A stretch of DNA of 61,518 nt, counting the filler, from Nemertoderma westbladi (taxonomy: Eukaryota > Animalia > Xenacoelomorpha): assembly GCA_032718475.1 (NCBI GenBank). It is 3 parts of 3 records of this genome, joined end to end, with 100 filler letters (N's around TTAATTAATTAA, not from the genome) between each part and the next. Parts side by side here need not be neighbours in the genome. Positions count along the whole stretch, not along the records: positions 24,057 to 53,105 come from JAUCBJ010007362.1; 2 more parts are not named here. One strand, written 5' to 3'. The position numbers and the translations under genes were made by a program. The notes beneath the pieces were generated by a model, which did no database searches, had not been told where the DNA came from, and worked only from the letters and a program-made list of their open reading frames with translations. Below are positions 35,627 through 46,724 of this stretch, piece by piece. Numbering within the stretch: position 1 is the stretch's first letter; each line of letters opens with the position of its first letter.

Positions 35627-38317
35627 TCAACCCCGGGCGTGCACCCTTCGCATCCCTGGGTCCCGGATTCCGATTCCCCCATGCCGAATGGGGAGGAGGA
35701 CCAACTCCTCATCCACCGATCCTGGAGACGTTCCGAACAACGCCGGGATAAAACAGCGCAATAACTCCTCACGGATCGGCGCCAGGTCACCATCCCTAGT
35801 GTCCACCACCCGAAGCAGGTAGTCCCACTCCGCCTGGACGCAGCGGGTCATACCTGTATGGGCGGTCTGCGGATACGCCTCCGCCACCTCCGAAGGCCGA
35901 CCAATACTCCACACCCACCCCGCGACTTTCTCCGTAATAAAATCGTGGAGTCCCTGTGCATCGCCCACATAGCCACCGAGGAAGCGATGACCCGAGACTA
36001 CCCGGATACCGCAGTCCCCGAACACCGCCTGCGCCCTTGTCGCGAACTGTGGCTTAACCACCAGGTAGCTCTTGGTAGGCTCTGGTGTATACCCGATGCG
36101 GGGCCCCCATTGGCGCAACCGATCCCGCCACTTCCACACACCGGTAATAGAACCCGCCGACGAGGAGTCGTCAGCGTACCAACACTGTGTTTGGAAGCAG
36201 GTGGAGCTGCCAGTAGACTGTGCTGGTTGATCGGGTTGGTTACTGGGTGTTGTGTCAGGCGGGTCTCCCGGCGGTCGGACAGGCTGGTCTCGCAATGGTG
36301 GGTCAGGCGGGTCTCCCAGCGCTGGGTCAGGCTGGTCTCCCATCGCTGAGTCAGGCGGACCTCCCGGCGATGGGTCAGGCGGGTCTCCCGGTGGTGGGTC
36401 AGGCGGGTCTCCCGGCAGTGGGTCTGGCGAGCCTACCAGTGGTGGGTCAGGTGGGTCTCCCGGTGATGGGTTAGGAGGGTCTCCCAGCGGTGAGTCAGAT
36501 GGGTCCGCTGGCTGTTCCTCTTCAGTCGAAGTCAGTGATGACGGCGTTTCTTCACAGGGCGTCCAGGGCTGGCCCCCAGAAAGCGTGGGAGACGAGCCGG
36601 CGGGAGGCGTAATCAGCGGATCTCGTGGTGGCAGGTCACCGACATCCCGCAATGACCGGACCAAGGAGAGTGTCCCACAACCATACCCCAACATCGCCGC
36701 CGGATCCCCCTGGGTATATCCTTCACGACTCCACAGAGGGTTGTCGGATCCCTGGAGGTAGAGGGCCGCATGGCCATTATAGGCGTTGTACAAATACCGG
36801 GAACACCGATGCCAGTACAGACGCGCGTTCCAGAGGGCCACGGGTCGACTCAAACTATTGAAGGCATTGGCTGCGTCGACGAGGAGCATGCACTCGGTTG
36901 TGTCTCGCTCGAACATCGCCGACATCGCGTGGACTGCGCCTTCGATCCCAGCTTTCACCCCCACGCAGAGCTGGTCCGCCCCACACTCCGTGATGACATC
37001 CATCTTTGTGGCCGCTGTAAGGCAGCTGGTCACCAATCGATAAAGGACTTCACCAATACCAATTGGCCGGACTCCGGGCTCCTTGTCGATGGCTATGAGG
37101 CGGCAGGCACGGAGAGCGCGGATCTCGCCCCATGGGACCAAGGTGTTGGCGAGACGACGAGCCAACCCGGCGACTGCTTCACGCAGTCGTGAGCTATGGG
37201 CCTCGTACCGGGTGAGGAGAGCACTCCAAAGTTCGGCGTCTCCGCCTATGGGGCCGGCACTGCCATGCAGATAACGCGAAACCTTCAAGACAAGCTGCCC
37301 TGTGATATCCACCTCTTCAAAGGGGGGTAACTCCTCGCACCGCTCGAACGAATCCGGGGATACTTTCATTTGAGGCGGGTGTTTACTCTCCAGGATGTCA
37401 CGAACGGTGACACCAGCCGGCTGACCCTCGGCCTGGGTCTCGGGGTCCAAAACCCCGCCACTATCTCGATCCGTCACCATGCGGACAGCGGCCCGGTTCT
37501 GTCCGGCCAGAATCTTCTGGTTGTAGACTCTAGCCAGATCAGGTGGTGCTGAACCCTGGCGTCTAGCAAACTTCAAATTGCAGCGCTCCGCCTCGACTAC
37601 CAACTGCCGAAACTCTTCCCGTTCCCACATTCCAATCCGTCGTAATATTGTGCGTCGGAGGATATCCGCCCCTTTTACCACTTCCGGATCCCGCTGGAAC
37701 ACAGTCGCGATGAAGCAAAGGGGGCGCTCAGAATGGTGGACTCCCTCGGTCAATTTCTCCACCTCACGGGCAAGAAACTCCGCCGCTTTTCGCCCCACGT
37801 TGCCACCGGGCACTGTATAGAGGCGACCTGAAAGGCCGGCAAGTCGAGAGTGGCGGGCTCCCCAGTCCGGATCAGTTGAAACGCCAGGGGCATTGAGCCA
37901 CGGTCCCCCAAAGGCGCTCTCCAGGCGGTCTGAAGTCGATGGAGGTAGAGGACGAGATTCTCCCGCAGGAACCCGGGTCGCTGGGTCAGCGCCCGTTTCG
38001 ACTTTGCGTTGTAACGGGATCTGAGTTATAGCGGCGCTCGAATATGAGTCTGAATCAGAAGTCGAATTGCTGTGATACACGGCCACGTCGTCCTCCTCGA
38101 GGGACAAACCGACTGGAGATACAGCTGAGGCAGGGATCGCACTTGTGGCGCGCCTGGTGGTGGCTGACACGGTGAGGCTGTGAGGATTCTTGCAGTCGTC
38201 ACAATCCGACGGTTTGCAGCCAACACAGGGACGTCCCCCGCGGGCGCAGCGACACTTGGTTGATGGGCCACAAGAGCCGGCCATGCACCCGCAGCATCGC
38301 TGGGAACTTTGGGACAT
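35627..38317 (-). CDS. CRE-clade-like non-LTR retrotransposon RT ORF (896 aa), lacking the C-terminal RLE endonuclease
   Basis: N-terminal Cys-rich CxCx4Cx5CxCx6CxxC. RT motifs GVRPIGIGEVLYRL, QLCVGVKAGIEGAVH, LVDAANAFNSL, GYTQGDP, WYADD, RFLGGYVG and LPIRHGGIGI. Confidence 0.85.
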   Translation of the reverse strand: MSQSSQRCCGCMAGSCGPSTKCRCARGGRPCVGCKPSDCDDCKNPHSLTVSATTRRATSAIPASAVSPVGLSLEEDDVAVYHSNSTSDSDSYSSAAITQIPLQRKVETGADPATRVPAGESRPLPPSTSDRLESAFGGPWLNAPGVSTDPDWGARHSRLAGLSGRLYTVPGGNVGRKAAEFLAREVEKLTEGVHHSERPLCFIATVFQRDPEVVKGADILRRTILRRIGMWEREEFRQLVVEAERCNLKFARRQGSAPPDLARVYNQKILAGQNRAAVRMVTDRDSGGVLDPETQAEGQPAGVTVRDILESKHPPQMKVSPDSFERCEELPPFEEVDITGQLVLKVSRYLHGSAGPIGGDAELWSALLTRYEAHSSRLREAVAGLARRLANTLVPWGEIRALRACRLIAIDKEPGVRPIGIGEVLYRLVTSCLTAATKMDVITECGADQLCVGVKAGIEGAVHAMSAMFERDTTECMLLVDAANAFNSLSRPVALWNARLYWHRCSRYLYNAYNGHAALYLQGSDNPLWSREGYTQGDPAAMLGYGCGTLSLVRSLRDVGDLPPRDPLITPPAGSSPTLSGGQPWTPCEETPSSLTSTEEEQPADPSDSPLGDPPNPSPGDPPDPPLVGSPDPLPGDPPDPPPGDPPDPSPGGPPDSAMGDQPDPALGDPPDPPLRDQPVRPPGDPPDTTPSNQPDQPAQSTGSSTCFQTQCWYADDSSSAGSITGVWKWRDRLRQWGPRIGYTPEPTKSYLVVKPQFATRAQAVFGDCGIRVVSGHRFLGGYVGDAQGLHDFITEKVAGWVWSIGRPSEVAEAYPQTAHTGMTRCVQAEWDYLLRVVDTRDGDLAPIREELLRCFIPALFGTSPGSVDEELVLLPIRHGGIGIRDPGMRRVHARG
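36200..36500 (-). repeat. 24-bp repeat (PPGDPPDP) within the RT domain
   Basis: ggtcaggcgggtctcccggNggtg units. Confidence 0.85.
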
Positions 38318-38504
38318 AATTAATGCGATTTTAATAAAAAAATCAGGCCTAGTATATAATATAATAATAAGCAGTGCAATAGTTTATGTAAAATTGTTGC
38401 GTTATAATTGTCTATGTTATAGTACTTTGGTAGTGGTGATAATGTCAGGTAACAAGCTGGATGCAGTCGACTCAAATTCACCAAATTTACTGCAATCGAC
38501 ATGT

Positions 38505-38750
38505 ATCTAGCCGATCACGGCTGTGTGTTGCTTCGATCGGCCTGTACCTAGCCGAACATGGCTGTGAGTGGCTTCGATCGGCCTGTACCTAGCCGAACAC
38601 GGCTGTTTGTTTCTTCGACCGCCCTGTACCTAGCCGAACACGGCTGTGTGTGGCTTCGATCGGCCTGTACCTAGCCGAACATGGATGCATGTTGCATCGA
38701 TCGGCCTGTACCTAGCCGAACATGGCTGTGAGTGGCTTCGATCGGCCTGT
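38505..38750. repeat. 41-bp tandem repeat (~6 units), probably the 5' UTR of the CRE-like element
   Basis: cctgtacctagccgaacaYggctgtgNgtggcttcgatcgg starts at 38541, 38582 and onward. Confidence 0.9.
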
Positions 38751-41700
38751 ATTCAGATTCAGATATTGTTACATATTATGAATCCTTGCAACTCAAGCTT
38801 TCTGATAATATGAAAACATTACGACTAATGTGAAGAATGGCCACGACACGGAGGGTGCGATTTGGCAAAAGACACTTTTTTAAAACGCCTATAAAAAAAA
38901 TGTAAAGGCAAAATTGAAAATTCCGACTTCATGGTAACAACCACGGTGAGTGGAACTAGTTGTGTTTCAAAGTTCAAGCAATATGATAACGATTTGTAGA
39001 AAAATCTGGCGGGGGGTCCGTGTCATCAGAAAATATGACACTATATTACGGGACATGCTGTATATGGATATTCATACATAATCAAAATGTTCTAGAACAT
39101 TGTGTATTTATTAAATATAATAAATGGCCTGCAGCAGAAGCAAATACATGCAAAATTCGAATGCCAATATCTCAGCTATTTACCAACCAAATTCAAATAT
39201 TTTCACATATTTGGAATCCTTGCATGGGCAGCTTTCCACTAGTACCTACAAATCACTATTTTTTAGACACTTTTTTTAAACTTTTGTAGATAAAGAATGA
39301 AAGCGAAAATAAAAATTCTGGCTCACCCACTAAGATGAAACTAACTCTGTTTCAAATTTCATGCAATCGCATTACGATTTGTAGAAAAAAAATGTTTTTT
39401 TTTGGGGGGGGGGGGGGGGGGGGGCATGTACCTGAATAACGACACTATATTCCAGGACATGGTGTATAAGACGAATGCGAAAAAATATATTACGTTTTGT
39501 TTAAAATACTATGGTCGTTACAAAATTTATGTAAAAAATGTGTTATGAGTAGAAGACTGTAATTTCCAAAACATTTGGAAGCATAATAAGTAAAAAATAA
39601 ATACAATTTGTTTGCACCATGTAAAATATATAAATTAAAATTTACGTACTGTCTCCCCTTTGAAATATCAATATTAAAATATAGTAGAATGTTCTAGATC
39701 TTAAAAATAAGGTAACAGTTTTGAAATGATATTAATTGTTATGTCCTAGAGGGTGGTGAGGAATAGTGCACGTCGAAGGTCCGATTTACATGGTGGGATG
39801 CCGGTACAGTTTTTGTAGTGGAATTTGGATGCTGCTGATGTGTTGCAGAGGCAGCAAATGCAATCGGTATCTGCTTTCCAGCATGGTTTGTTGCAGATCG
39901 TGAGGTGACAACCATTGGATATCAAGAGAGCAGCTGCACGGCGACGGAAGCCAGTCAGACCTTCTAGACGGACATCGCAATCGGGGTCACTGTGGTTGTC
40001 GATGGCATTTAGTATGGGGGTGGATGAAGAGTACTTACTGACACCACACCATAGTTTAAAGTAAAAAGCACGAACGCGCTGTATATGTTCTAGAGAGGCG
40101 ATTTCTTCACTAGATATGAATATGTCACAACCGTAGGAGATGGAGGGGTAAACTACAGACAGCCAGATACGTTTAGCGGAATCCAGTGATATTGCCGACA
40201 TGTTAATTTTCGACGCCAGTAGGATAATACCGAGGTAATTGAAGCAGCTTACAAATTCGAGTTTAGAACCTTTATATAATGAGACGTCTTTGTTGGACAG
40301 ACGACCCCCTCGACGAAATTTTACTGCTTTGGTTTTTTTTAGATTTACAGTTAGATCGTTTTCCTTACAGTATTTGGCTAATTTATGAAGACCATGTTGT
40401 ACGTTCTCGATTGACTTTCCATAAATTACTAGGTCGTCAGCATACATTATAACAAAACAACCAACTGCAATTATACTACAAGGTGAATCAGATACAAATA
40501 GACTAAAAAGGAGAGGAGACAGTTTATCCCCCTGGACTACTCCGATAGTCTGTGCTATGGGGTTTAATAAATAGCAACCAACGCAAATATGCACAAAATT
40601 GATAGCTATAAGTAAGTACCCAAATACGTGATATAAACTTTTTGCTGATTCCAAGACGAGAAAGTTTTTGACATAAAGTTTGCCTGTTAACAGAGTCAAA
40701 AACCTTAGTAAAGTCAATAAATACACAATATACATGGCCACCGGCAGGCTGAAGGGCACTGCGGATATAGTTATATAATACATTAACAGCCATTTTAGTA
40801 GAACGGTTTATCCGAAATCCATATTGTTGAAAAGGTAAGATGTTTTGATTTTCGGCCCAAGTATATAATCTGTGATATAAAATAGCTGTATATTATGTTT
40901 TAAGTAAACAAGATACTAAGGCTATACCCCTGAAGCTGTCGGGTGAGCTCTTTGGACCCTTCCCTTTATATAATGGTAAGAGATATGATGCTAGCCAGGA
41001 TACTGGGCAGGTAGCAACACTAAAACACAGAGAAAATAACGCTAACAGGTATGGCAAAAGTAACCCCAACCCGGGTTTCAAAACTTCGTTGGTCACCCCA
41101 TCTGGTCCGGCTGCTTTATGGAGTTTGTGCCCATTGACAGCAGCAGACACCTCTGCGGCGTCAATTGGTCTGTCTAACGTTGGGCAGGAATTCGTTGGAA
41201 TACCCTCGGGCATTCGGAGGTCTACATCTTTTGATAGGAGCGCTGTGAAGTGGTTGGACCAGGATTCTTCTGAAACCTGTTGGGCTACAGGTTTCGCCTG
41301 TGAACCTGACTTCAGTAGGTTCCAGAACTTAGATTTGTCTGATTGACATTCGTCGATGAGTTTGTGTTCGGTGTGCGCTTTATGCAGACGTTTCTTGTTG
41401 CTTATTTGTTGCTTATATACACGTTGGCGCTCGGTGTAGGTTGTACGGGTCGATTCTGTGTTATTTTCTATCATGTGGTGTGGTCTAAGGCATCTGAGGT
41501 TTTCCTATTGGCTGTATAACATTCCCGATCGAACCACGGCTTAGACTTTCGTCTTGGTGCTGTAATTGTAAAATCTGAGATAGCTTTGGTTATAAAATAT
41601 CACGCAGTGTCAACTCCACTGTTTAGAGCTTGCTGAAAAAGTGTTTCATCGAGGCAGTCCGCGAGTTTATCGAGCTGTATACGACGGATTGGATTAGTTC

Positions 41701-41892
41701 GTTGTTTTCTGTTATCTGGGCTATTGTTTAGGTTAAGTTTTACAAGTACCCGTTGATGTTTGGTGTTTATTGTATGTAAAATATGTATTGATAATAAATC
41801 TATCAGACATTCGTTGATGAACACAAGGTCAATACCACTGTTGCCATTCCAACAGTAATAGGTTGCTGAGGCAGAGTCATTTATGGACATTT

Positions 41893-43510
41893 ATGTGGGG
41901 CGAGCCACGAAGTGAGTGAGCCTTAGCGTAGGGGTACCATTAATCAACCTGCCGTTCTGTCGTTCTGTCGCGTTTTTTTTTCAGTATTTTATTATAAACG
42001 TTAATAACTCGGCCAATCCTTGATGAAATCTATCCAAACTTGGTACACATGTTGTTTGGCAAAAGTTTGAAAATTTTCCAAGTAGAATTTGCGTGGGGCC
42101 TTCGTGCAGCATCAGTGTAACTGCAATTACAGTTATAATTAATTTATTTATCCAAATTTAAAATGCGTTAAATTATTATTACTGTAGGATAAATCAGCTG
42201 GGTTTCTGACAAATTTTGCAATACATTGGGGCTGTCTGCCAATCTGCATGTACCATGTATACCGGTACTGTCAGGCTGTACTCAATCCCTGAATCGAGAA
42301 TCCTGCAATCAGTCAATACTGCAATACTGGTCAGCCGGTACCATACACTGCAGACATGCCATATCATGTAATCTAATTAAACATGGCCCCGGCAACCCTT
42401 GCGGTGATTATAGTTTAGGCCTAATTAGCCCAGTACCGGCACCGGTAATAATAATATAATAGTTTAGAAGTTACCGCTAATCATTCAGTCATTGGCACGG
42501 TACACCGTATTGCTGTACTGCCGTTGTAGTGCGCACCGTAGGTACCACCCTACTACCGGTACCGGCTGACCGGTGGCAACTAGCACTTCAGCACTTGCAC
42601 AGCAACAGCACTACCGGCGATACACAGGTTGGAATTTATGTAGAGTTTGCTCAACAGTACAGATATAAAATAGTTATCTAAATTATATATATTACTATTG
42701 ACAAGTATTGAAATATATACCGTTATTCGTGTTATCAGTATTTGCAACATCTGACATTGAAGAGGTGAGAGAAGATGAATACCGGCACTCAACAAAACCA
42801 ACGCTTATCACAGGTCGGTATGGTTACCTCGAAACCGGCGCGACTGTCCACTCGAATACAACTTCAAAACACATACGCCAACAATAAACTGAAAGCGAAT
42901 CGAACGTCTTCAGAAGAATCTGTCATTGGGACGAAGAAAAGGAAGCCGAAACCACGGGAATGGACCACAGCTAAGATTGAATGCTCCCATTGTCAGATGT
43001 CAGAGTTCCTGGACCGAAATTGAAACACCAATTGCCGATGGGCATGATCTCTCAAACCAAAACTTCCTCTGCGGGGTTTGCGCGGCAGTAAAGATTGAAA
43101 GTCTGGAAGCTGGCATCCCTAGGTATTATTATTATAAAGAGCGTCAGCCTGCGTTTAATAAATATATTTTAATACAAAACTGGTCGAACGCAAAGAGGCT
43201 TATAATGAAGACGAGTACTGCATTGATTATATTCCTATAAATCACCTGGCTTTGCATATTGAACGTGCGTTTGGAAATAAGTTCGTGCTACCCTTCCGTG
43301 GGTGGTAGATGTCGCGATTTTGTATTGGTGGGTGGGGGGATGGGGGGGGGGGGGGGGTGCAGATTAAAAGGGGTGAACACGTACTGTCCCCCTTTGATTA
43401 ATTGGTGGTGTGGGTTAATCTCTCATAACCTGATTTTGTGATACAGTCGCACAATTTTAATTTGTATCTCATAACTGGGCCTCGTGCTGCGCGAAGGCCC
43501 CACGAACGTG
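41893..43510 (+). mobile_element. Second HINE/DINE-like element with different internal cargo
   Basis: Same 5' end (gtggggcgagccacgaagt...gagccttagcg) and 3' end (cgtgctgcgcgaaggccccac) as 21384-23242. An additional inverted 3' end lies at ~42093-42111. Confidence 0.68.
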
Positions 43511-45009
43511 TAGATTTATTGGTGTATCACATTTCGCACGTATTGTATTTACAGCTGCAATTAGTTCCAAGAGAATGTCGGTAACATCCGTAGCGGGTTT
43601 ATAGTAACCTGTAATGAGTACGAGAAATGTTGTCTGGACTGCGATGATCGATGTGGATTTATAAACAATCTGTTGCATTGTTGATATTTTTGAATTTATG
43701 GCAACTGTCAGACCTCCGGATGGGCGGCCTTTGACTCCTTTTTCACTGGGTACATTGTGGCACGTGAAGCCCGATATTACTAAATCTGTAGTCAAGGTTT
43801 CAGTTATAGTAATATATCAGATGTTTCAAATGTATCATCCATTGTTGTTTTGATCGTCGTTTGAGCTCCTTCCACATTCCATACCACAATATTTAAAGTA
43901 CTACTGTTAATGTTTTGGGGACTATTTTTATTGGGGATCTAGAATGGTAGTTCCTGTAACAGTTTCAGATTGTATATAGATATGTATGTATTTGGGATAC
44001 AGATATTGGTGTTTCTATAAACTGGCAGGGTAACGGTAAGGTTTCGAGCACCCTTGACATAGGAGTATGGTTTTGTTTCCATTCAGAGTTAATTTTGTGA
44101 GAGGTGGGTGAGATGTTTCCGTGTGATTGTTGTTGGCCTGCAGTCAATCAAGGCCAACCGAATGTGTTATTTAAATAAATCGAATCAGTACAAATATGAT
44201 TAAATTAAATAGGCTTATTACTTCATTAATTTTATACTGTCACGCTACAAGAGCTACATTATGCTATTGTCATGGAATGTTTATTTAAATTAGGTATGAC
44301 ACTGGGGATACCGGTAGCCATTTCTAAACAAATTATATTCAAATTGATAACAAAGCAGAAGCCCAATTAAAGCAGTAATTGAACACTAAACCTAATTCAC
44401 TATGACTCTATAATCTTCGAGATTTTTTCTAGGAACACGTCTTTGTGTATTCTCCATTGTTCTATCGTTTTATCATCGACATAGCCATTATATGCTATGT
44501 CTACGATTGTTTACCGTACACCTACTTTAGTACAGAACTCCAATAAATTGGTGTGAATTTCATCAATATTATTTAACATTTGAGTTTTTGAGTTTTATTT
44601 TAACATTTTAACATATTTGAGTGTTTTATTAAATTAAGAGTTCCGAACCCAAATAGGTTGACATGATGTAACAAAATCATAAATAGTTCAACAGCGTTAA
44701 ATACACTCGTGTAGGCGTGTCATAACACACTGAAAAGTGCTACTTTTACATAATGATGTAAATACTTATTTAATTAAATTATTGCGAACTACTTATATGT
44801 TGAGCGCCATATAATCCGAGGTAAAAGTGCATTATAGTCCCCTTTCTGGAAGAAATGTATTCCCTAATCTCATGTAATCTGTGTAGCAAAGCAAAATGTT
44901 AAAAATATTACTGGTTTAATTTTTCAAGCTTGACTCCTGAAAGGAATAACTGTAGGCCGTAATAAACAATTGATTCCATCTTAGTGGCCCATCGTGTTGG
45001 TTCCTGTTA

Positions 45010-45790
45010 TATATCAGATCGGCCCACTACAATCTGACCTAGATATATTATACTCGTGGAGTGTAGCTTGGCAACTTTGTTTCAACATTAAAAAATGCAA
45101 AGTAATGCATATTGGCCATAATAACCCCGAGTTCCCTTACCATCTCGGCGAATCAGTGCTATCAGTGTCAGGGTGGGAGAAAGACTTGGGGGTGACCTTC
45201 CAAAACACCCTCACATTCGGGAAACACATTGCCACCATCGCAAAGAAAGCCAATGGAATAACTGGCCTTATTGCTCGAACCTTTAAACATCTGGACAGTG
45301 TCACGCTAGTCAACTTATTCAAAGCCCACGTGAGACCAATTCTAGAATATGCATCCCCAGTATGGTCGCCACCTTTTGGAATCTGTCCAACGTCGGGTGA
45401 CCACACTATTTCCTAATCTCCGTGACTTAGCCTATCCGGAAAGATTAAAGCGACTAGGTCTCCCGACCCTTGAGTATCGCCGTTATCGCGCCGACCTGAT
45501 CCAGGTGTACCGTTACCTTGCGGGTATCGACAACGCTGACTGCAGCATGTTCGATCTTTCCACGACTGGTCTACGCGGCCACTCATTCAAGCTCGAGAAA
45601 CTCCGTGCTCGGCTGCTGCAGAGAAACACGACATTCCACTTCCGATTCATCGATCCCTGGAACTCGCTATCCAATGCCGTTGTAACTGCCCCCAACCTTA
45701 AAACCTTTTAACTGTTTAAAACCCGTTTGAACTCCCACTTTAAAGATTTCCCGCTTAAATTTACCCCATCATGGTGGTCCATGTAAAAGT
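45010..45790 (+). mobile_element. CR1-clade LINE 3' fragment
   Basis: LQSDLD...WQLCFNIKKCKVMHIG, EKDLGV, VRPILEYASPVWSP, LESVQRR, LRGHSFKL and WNSL, with one frameshift. Confidence 0.9.
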
Positions 45791-46724
45791 AAAATATCTT
45801 CCATAGTAACTCTTAACTTTTTACTCTTTTTACTTATTAACTTTTAATATATTTCTCGCCTTAATTATTTTTTATCACCACTTTTTAACTTTTTCTAACC
45901 TTAATTAAAACTTTAGATTACCACTTTTTAACTTTTTAACTAACTTTTTCTAACCTCTATTAAAACTTTTTTATCACCATTTAATTATACACATTAGACC
46001 TCGTTAATATTTAATATCTTAATAACTAATTGACATACTGCATTTATCTACTTTGATCCTATATAATCGACGTTTTTAACTATGTACATTTAATAGTTTT
46101 TACTCGCGGCTTTCTGTTCTTTCTTAATTTAATTTTTAACTTTCTTTTAATTTTAACCAAATAATTAAATATAAGTTTTAAAAATGCAACCTATAATTAA
46201 ATCAAGTTTTTAAATATATAAATTTTTCTTCGTCCTATGCCTATTTGTGTAAACCATAATTTTATTTCACGTTCGACTTTGTGTAATTTAAGATATTTTT
46301 AAGCCCTACGCTCCACAGCCATAATTTACATTACTTTTCACATGTTTTTTTTTAAGTATGATTTTATGCTACATACTTTCGTTTACGTACACTCTTATCA
46401 ACTAACATTAATTAGTGCTAGGTAGTAGTAGGTAAGGTACTTAGTTTGTTTCAGTTTAAATATTTTGACAGTAGTTTTATATTATGTCTGCACAGGTGCA
46501 ATAAGCTTCTGCTTCCTCCACCTCATTATTTCATTATTAAACATTAAACATATTATGTTAAATTACTTTTGTTTCCGGATATTTCAGGAAAATCCCCATC
46601 TTTGTCGAATATTAATACCCAATTCCCATAATTATGGGTCTCTTATTAACCAACACTTTAGACTCGACAAATGCTACCGTATTGATAGATTTAATAAATC
46701 AATTACTTATGATTGTCTCCCCAG

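Larger units (their letters stand above)
34551..39466. mobile_element. Foldback-like non-autonomous DNA transposon (TA target, Tc1/mariner-like ends)
   Basis: Termini TACACCATG(A/T)CCTGGAATATAGTGTC flanked by TA. The arms 34551-~35450 and 35540-35631 plus 38765-39466 are long inverted repeats. There is an internal ~480-bp duplication, and related fragments lie at ~3800 and ~60740-60920. Confidence 0.82.
34024..43900 (-). mobile_element. Degraded APE-type LINE (clade uncertain, RTEX/L2-like), split by two insertions
   Basis: APE motifs VWNVEG (~43880), GRPSGGL and SGIDLVF. RT motifs KAAGPDG, FRGIAL, FIDFTKVFDSV, GVVQGDKLSPLLF and YADD (39746-41474). The AT-rich 3' UTR appears to continue at 34024-34550, ending AATAAACAATACCAATACC. 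Confidence 0.8.
33641..46724 (+). other. 13,084-bp GT-AG intron of the CHD gene, filled with transposons
   Basis: Splicing joins RIGQDKQ|VKVYRLITRNSYE, the conserved CHD helicase motif. Confidence 0.92.
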
